Assembly: GCA_029941565.1 (NCBI GenBank)
Contig: JAPYRN010000025.1
Coordinates: 6,030 to 70,029 of the forward strand
Direction of reading: 5' to 3'
Length of the DNA stretch: 64,000 nucleotides
DNA from: Candidatus Latescibacterota bacterium
GTDB lineage: Bacteria; Latescibacterota; UBA2968; UBA8231
Shown here: piece after piece, positions 58,944-64,000 of the stretch
Layout of the letters: each line of letters starts with the position of its first letter
Position numbering within the stretch: position 1 is the first letter of the stretch
Program-made: the position numbers and the translations under genes
Notes under the pieces: model-generated
The model's database searches: none
What the model saw: only the letters and a program-made list of their open reading frames with translations
What the model was told of the DNA's origin: nothing

Positions 58944-59460
58944 TCACGTCGTGCACAGTACATCCAGGGCCAGCTGATCCTCGGTCAGGACCGTTCCGGG
59001 CCAGGTCGTGCCGGCGCTGAACAGCGAGCGCGCCACCACGGACTTCAAGCGACCCAGCCCAGTCGTTGTACTACCGTACTTCCTTTGACGATTCCGGAGA
59101 TCGCTCCCGGAGATTCGCACGCAGATGCTCAGGCACGTCGGCATACCGGATCCGCCGACAGAAGAGGAACTCATCCGGCACAAGCACGGCGTACCCGCGA
59201 CGGGCGATCTCATTGGCCCATCCTCGGTCGCTGTAGTGCTCGCGTTCGTGTTCGGCGATCTGGGATGGCGGCGGCCTGGCAGGCACCCGATCTCCCGGTG
59301 GGACGAAATACTTGCGGCCGCCATGATCGTGCAGGGCCAGCATCGCCGGCAGGAGCCCACGAGCGGGCGGGTTTAAGAAACACGGCCTTCGTCCGGGGGC
59401 GTGCTTGCGCCAGGCGCTGACACCAACGAATTCGTCGCGGCGGAAGGAGAGCCGCGGCGG
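58944..59460 (-). pseudogene. Alpha/beta-hydrolase (dienelactone hydrolase-like) remnant
   Basis: PAMLALHDHGG..WANEIARRGYAVLVPD, in-frame TAG at 59071, frameshifted SAGTTWPG..EDQLALDVL, truncated before the nucleophile motif. Confidence 0.65.
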
Positions 59461-59555
59461 TGCGTCACCGGGATGAGCTCCGCCCAGGCCCCACAAGGCC
59501 CCCAGCAAGTTTTCAGACATGCAACCTGTCCCCAATTCTGGAGTGAGTGCAGCCG

Positions 59556-61070
59556 ATGCAGATCCATGAGGTACGTACACACGCCGAAGGTGTGATGTTA
59601 CCACGTGAGGAGCAACTTGCGTGGAAGATCGCGTCAGTCGCCTCCACGGAAGCTCCCATCCTCGACGAGACCTCGCAGATGGTGGGCAACCGCATCATCG
59701 ACAATGCCGCTGTCGCCCTCGCCGCACTCAACCGGACACCTGTGACCAACGCCCGGCGCCTTGCCCTGGGCTACGCCCACCCTGCGAACAGAGGTGCCAC
59801 CCTCTTCGGCCTGCCAGCAGGACGCACCTTCCACTGCGAGTGGGCGGCGTTGGCCAATGGCGTCGCCGTGCGTGAACTCGACTTCCACGATTGCTACCTG
59901 GCCGCCGATTATTCACACCCGGGGGATACGATCCCTGCCCTTGTGGCCGCCGCTCAACAGGCCGGCAAAGGCGGGGCCGAACTGCTGCGCGGTATTCTCA
60001 TCGCCTACGAAACACAGATGGCCCTTGTCACAGGCATCTGCCTGCACGAACACAAGATCGACCACGTCGCCCATCTTGCCCCTGCTGTAGCGGCTGGCAC
60101 GGGCACCCTCCTGGGTCTGCCCACGGAGACGATCTATCAGGCCATCAACCAGAGCCTGCACCTGGCCTGCTCCACACGACAGTCACGCAAGGGGGAGATC
60201 ACCAGTTGGAAGGCCTACGCACCAGGACAATCGGGCAAGACCGCCCTTGAGGCAGTAGGCCGGGCCCTGCTCGGAGAACAGGCGCCGTCACCGATCTACG
60301 AAGGTCGAGACGGCGTGATCGCCTGGGTGTTGTCCGGAACCGAGGCCGTCTATCACGTGCCCCTGCCGACGCCTGGTGAGCCGGTGCGTGCCATTCTCGA
60401 TTCTTACACAAAGGAACATTCCGCCGAATACCAGGCTCAAGCACTGATCGATATCGGCTTCGCGCTGCACAGACGGCAACTCCGACTAGACGACATCCAG
60501 AAGGTCGTCATCCGTACCAGCCACCATACCCACTTTGTCATCGGCACCGGTTCAGCGGACCCACAGAAAATGGACCCTAACTCCACGCGCGAAACCCTCG
60601 ATCACAGTGCCATGTACATCCTCGCTGTCGCCTGGGAGGATGGCACCTGGCACCACACCGACAGTTACACTCCCGAGCGTGCCCGTCGCCCCTCGACGAT
60701 TTCGTTGTGGCACAAGATCAGTACGGAGGAGGTCGAAGAGTGGACAAAGTCATACCACGATCCCGACTTCCATGGAAAGAAGTTCGGCGCCGAAGTGGTG
60801 GTAACCATGGCGGATGGAACAACCCACAGCGAAGGACTCGACAATCCGAATGCGCACTCCCTGGGGGCGCGCCCTTTTCAACGGGAAGACTACGTGCGCA
60901 AGCTGCTGAGTCTGGGAAAGGACATCGCCGAGGCAGAAGAACTCGACCGCTTTCTGGGGCTGGTGGAGAGACTGCCTGAACTGACACCGGAGGAGGTTGG
61001 ACAGTTGCACATCGTCGTTCCGAGTGACCGCATCGATGCCGCTGACGAGTTGCGTGTCGGCATCCTGTAA
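59556..61070 (+). CDS. prpD: MmgE/PrpD family 2-methylcitrate dehydratase
   Basis: VRELDFHD..YSHPGD, KIDHVAH, SWKAYA, TKEHSAEYQ and RETLDHS motifs. Confidence 0.9.
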   Translation: MQIHEVRTHAEGVMLPREEQLAWKIASVASTEAPILDETSQMVGNRIIDNAAVALAALNRTPVTNARRLALGYAHPANRGATLFGLPAGRTFHCEWAALANGVAVRELDFHDCYLAADYSHPGDTIPALVAAAQQAGKGGAELLRGILIAYETQMALVTGICLHEHKIDHVAHLAPAVAAGTGTLLGLPTETIYQAINQSLHLACSTRQSRKGEITSWKAYAPGQSGKTALEAVGRALLGEQAPSPIYEGRDGVIAWVLSGTEAVYHVPLPTPGEPVRAILDSYTKEHSAEYQAQALIDIGFALHRRQLRLDDIQKVVIRTSHHTHFVIGTGSADPQKMDPNSTRETLDHSAMYILAVAWEDGTWHHTDSYTPERARRPSTISLWHKISTEEVEEWTKSYHDPDFHGKKFGAEVVVTMADGTTHSEGLDNPNAHSLGARPFQREDYVRKLLSLGKDIAEAEELDRFLGLVERLPELTPEEVGQLHIVVPSDRIDAADELRVGIL

Positions 61071-61080
61071 CTGTGGTCCT

Positions 61081-61890
61081 TCAGCTCGTGGGGCGCCGGT
61101 ATAGTGCTTCGAAGTTGTCAGTCGCTTGCCAACCGAGTAGACGCCGCGCCTTGTCGACGCGGTACTTCCGGTCGGGCGAGTCGGTGGCGATAAAGAACAC
61201 CTCATATGGTGTCGGCATCTCTCCGGCTCGCAGTCCATACAGGAAGGACTCCCCCGAGTCTTCCCAACTGATGGTAAAGGGTGAGATGCCCTTGCCTTTT
61301 TCGCCGGGCCGGATCAACCGTAGGCGGAAACCGCAAAACAGGTAGGTGATCACATCGAGGCCCCGTTCTTCAGCGAAGACCCGCGTGATATGGCCACCGA
61401 GGTACTTGCTCAAAGCATAGAGATCATCCCCTGGGTGCAGGGGAACGTCATCGGTGACCTGGTGATCCTGCCAGTAATCGGTGCGATGTGACATTCGAGT
61501 GTGGAATGGCCCCGTGTGGATGAGCCTTTTCAAGCCGGCGTCCGCCGCCGCCTTGGCGACGTTGTAAGCACCTACCGTATTGACGGCGAACGCTTTGTCG
61601 AGCACGTGCCGCAAGACGGTCAGATTGATGGCCGCGTCCATGCCCTCGCAGGCCTCGCGCACCTGGTCGTAGTCGGTGACATCGACGACGGTGCGTTCGT
61701 GCGGCGCTTCCAGCAATTCGGGAAGGGGGGCCGTGGCACTCTGTCGACGCTGCCCGGCGACGATCTGGTCGAGAGCTACGGCGTCCGTGCAGCGCAGGAT
61801 GTAGTGGTCCTTGAGTGCGGCGATCGTCGCCGCACCAACAGGTCCCCCGGCGCCGAAAATCACCACCTTGCCACTTGCTACCGTCGCCAT
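61081..61890 (-). CDS. NAD-dependent epimerase/dehydrogenase (uronate dehydrogenase-like SDR)
   Basis: FGAGGPVG, VNTVGAYNV and YALSK motifs. Confidence 0.85.
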   Translation of the reverse strand: MATVASGKVVIFGAGGPVGAATIAALKDHYILRCTDAVALDQIVAGQRRQSATAPLPELLEAPHERTVVDVTDYDQVREACEGMDAAINLTVLRHVLDKAFAVNTVGAYNVAKAAADAGLKRLIHTGPFHTRMSHRTDYWQDHQVTDDVPLHPGDDLYALSKYLGGHITRVFAEERGLDVITYLFCGFRLRLIRPGEKGKGISPFTISWEDSGESFLYGLRAGEMPTPYEVFFIATDSPDRKYRVDKARRLLGWQATDNFEALYRRPTS

Positions 61891-61892
61891 CC

Positions 61893-62546
61893 TTACTGTC
61901 CTGCCAATGGTGCGAAGCGCCCGCCGCTGACGACGTGCTGCTGATACCAGTGGTAGCCGGCGCCGAGCACATCGACACGCAGCGCATTTTGCACAGCCGC
62001 CACGGCATCATCAGCGCTGGTACCTTCCGCCCCGTCGAGATCACCCATGCGCAGATTCACCGCCTCGATCAACCCGACCCGGGCGATCTCACGACAGGTG
62101 AGTTCCGCCAGATAGGGCGCCAGAGAGGATGCCTCCGGCCGCGGTCGGGGTAACCAGCCGGCATTTACCTCATACTCCTCAGGAACAGAATCAAACAGTT
62201 GCATCTGGCTGATCAGGATGATGCGACCGATACCGGCTTCGACGGCGGCCTGCACGAGGACGTATGTGCCGCGACTGATCCTCTCAAGCAATTCCGCCTC
62301 ACTCCCGGCACCCTCGCCGAGGACAGGATCATGCGGCTCTGCGTGAACAACCAGCTCTGCGCCCTGAATCGCGGCCGCCGCCGGCGCTGGCTGCCCCAGA
62401 TCGGTGCAACGATATACCCCTGCCGTTCCGAGGTCGTGCGCAGGTTCGTCGGCAGCGCCTACAGGGAACACCTCGTGGTCCACTGCCAGACACCGACACA
62501 GCATTGCTCCCATGGGCCGATCGGCACCGGTAATTGCGAGCCTCAT
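61893..62546 (-). CDS. Degenerate NAD-binding SDR/epimerase-like protein
   Basis: ITGADRPMG and GTYVLVQAA motifs; lacks YxxxK. Confidence 0.7.
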   Translation of the reverse strand: MRLAITGADRPMGAMLCRCLAVDHEVFPVGAADEPAHDLGTAGVYRCTDLGQPAPAAAAIQGAELVVHAEPHDPVLGEGAGSEAELLERISRGTYVLVQAAVEAGIGRIILISQMQLFDSVPEEYEVNAGWLPRPRPEASSLAPYLAELTCREIARVGLIEAVNLRMGDLDGAEGTSADDAVAAVQNALRVDVLGAGYHWYQQHVVSGGRFAPLAGQ

Positions 62547-62553
62547 TCCACCC

Positions 62554-63345
62554 TTACCATGAAAGTTTTGATGTCAGGTTGCTGAAAAAGTAACCTGGGT
62601 CAAAGTACACGAGACGGGCCGTCTTCGACGACGACACGACCTCGAGATCTACGCCGGGGCGTAGCGTTGTAATGCGCCTCCCGTCGGCGATGAGAATCAC
62701 CTCGGGCTCACGCGTCTCGCGAGTGATGCTGAGTCGGATTTTGGCTTCCGGCGTGAGGATGAGCGAGCGCGAGCTGAAGTTGTACTCGTTGATGCCATCG
62801 AGAACCAGACAACGAACCTCCGGCATGACGATCGGCGCACCGGCGGACAGCAAAAAACCGGTGCTGCCTGTAGGTGTACCCAGAACCACGCCATCGCCTA
62901 TGATCGTGCGGATCTTGGCATCATCGACGAAAACATCGACGAAGACGAGACGATTACTGGAGCGCACCATAACTTCGTTGACAGCACGCACGATGCCACC
63001 GGGATGGTGGCACTCGAGGCATAACCGTTCGCTAAGGAGATAGTCACCGGCGACGAGTCGCTGCAAGATGGCCGCCAGGTCGGTCCGATCGCCGGCGGTC
63101 AGAAACCCCACGGTACCGTAGTTGATGGCCAACACGGGGGTTTCGCGACTGATATCGAGAGCCCGCAGTACCGTGCCATCGCCACCCATGGCCATGACGA
63201 GGTCGATGTCGCCAGGAGGCGGAGCGTCATCCTCGATGACGGTCATGACGATACCGTGGGCATCGAACAGATTTCGGATCTCTGCCAACGGGAATGGCTG
63301 TTCTTCGTCCCGCAGCAATACACCGATATGATTTAGAGAGAGCAC
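62554..63345 (-). CDS. nadK: NAD(+) kinase
   Basis: GGDGTVL, GTVGFL, VNE and DGVVLGTPTGSTG motifs. Confidence 0.92.
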   Translation of the reverse strand: MLSLNHIGVLLRDEEQPFPLAEIRNLFDAHGIVMTVIEDDAPPPGDIDLVMAMGGDGTVLRALDISRETPVLAINYGTVGFLTAGDRTDLAAILQRLVAGDYLLSERLCLECHHPGGIVRAVNEVMVRSSNRLVFVDVFVDDAKIRTIIGDGVVLGTPTGSTGFLLSAGAPIVMPEVRCLVLDGINEYNFSSRSLILTPEAKIRLSITRETREPEVILIADGRRITTLRPGVDLEVVSSSKTARLVYFDPGYFFSNLTSKLSW

Positions 63346-63376
63346 GGCATCCCCCGCAACCGATCGCGCGCGACGT

Positions 63377-64000
63377 CTACGACGCCCGCGCTTCTTTCCC
63401 AGCCTGAGCCTCGTATGCTTTGATCAGCGCCTGCGTGCCTTCCTCGGCGCACCCAAGGCGCTCGACGATGTTGAAGTACTGGTGTGCCAGACTCACACCG
63501 GGCAGCGCCAACTTGACGTCATTGGCCGCCGCCATGACGAGCTTGAGATCTTTCTGCTGCAGACGCACCATGAATCCAGGGGCAAAATCGCCGGCGACGA
63601 TCCTTGGCCCCAGGTTGGTAAGTTGCCACGAACCGGCGGCGCCACCACTGATGGCATCGACGACCTTGCCGACATCGAGATCGGACGCCGCCGCCAGCAT
63701 CAGCGCCTCCGCCATAGCGATGTTGGCACCCGCCACGGCGATCTGGTTACAGGCCTTCGTCGTCTGACCGGCGCCATTGCCGCCGATGAGATTGATATTT
63801 TTCCCCATCGCCTCAAACACCGGCAGACAGGCATCGAACACCTGCTGCTCGCCTCCAACCATGATGGACAGTGTCGCGTTCTGCGCCCCAACATCGCCGC
63901 CGCTGACGGGCGCATCGAGCATGTCCACACCCTTGTCCTGCAGTGTCGCCGCGATCTCTTGCGTCACACGCGGGGAAATCGTACTCATGTCGATGACGGT
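63377..64000 (-). CDS. Beta-hydroxyacid dehydrogenase (tartronate semialdehyde reductase-like), 5' partial
   Basis: IDMSTISP, DAPVSGG, KACNQ and FAPGF..KDL motifs. Confidence 0.92.
   Translation of the reverse strand, partial: TVIDMSTISPRVTQEIAATLQDKGVDMLDAPVSGGDVGAQNATLSIMVGGEQQVFDACLPVFEAMGKNINLIGGNGAGQTTKACNQIAVAGANIAMAEALMLAAASDLDVGKVVDAISGGAAGSWQLTNLGPRIVAGDFAPGFMVRLQQKDLKLVMAAANDVKLALPGVSLAHQYFNIVERLGCAEEGTQALIKAYEAQAGKEARAS

Overview
GC-rich bacterial chromosomal window. A C-terminal FlgD-Ig/sorting-type domain, a sulfatase and a heparinase-like lyase suggest an FCB-group candidate-phylum organism such as Latescibacterota; this is inference only. In order, it holds: an operon for a polysaccharide lyase, an ABC importer and a repeat-propeller protein; a cobalamin riboswitch-controlled TonB receptor operon ending in decayed cobS/cobC and an IS66-like scar; a sulfatase; a decayed ECF sigma locus; a MATE pump; a split-FeoB system with two DtxR-family proteins; a roughly 9 kb bacterial microcompartment (BMC) operon directly behind ispH; queC and queF; accA-aspC-argJ-cimA-leuBDC-ilvC; and sugar-acid catabolism genes. 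The standout is the BMC locus (26252-35133). It has 10 shell genes, including a protein with FOUR tandem BMC domains translationally coupled to a two-domain protein, so the pair could form a 4+2 hetero-pseudohexamer. It also has a DapA-family aldolase as the apparent signature enzyme, an acylating aldehyde dehydrogenase, PduL and a Cys-rich adaptor-like protein. No rRNA, tRNA or CRISPR array was seen. All assignments come from reading motifs by eye; no database searches were run.
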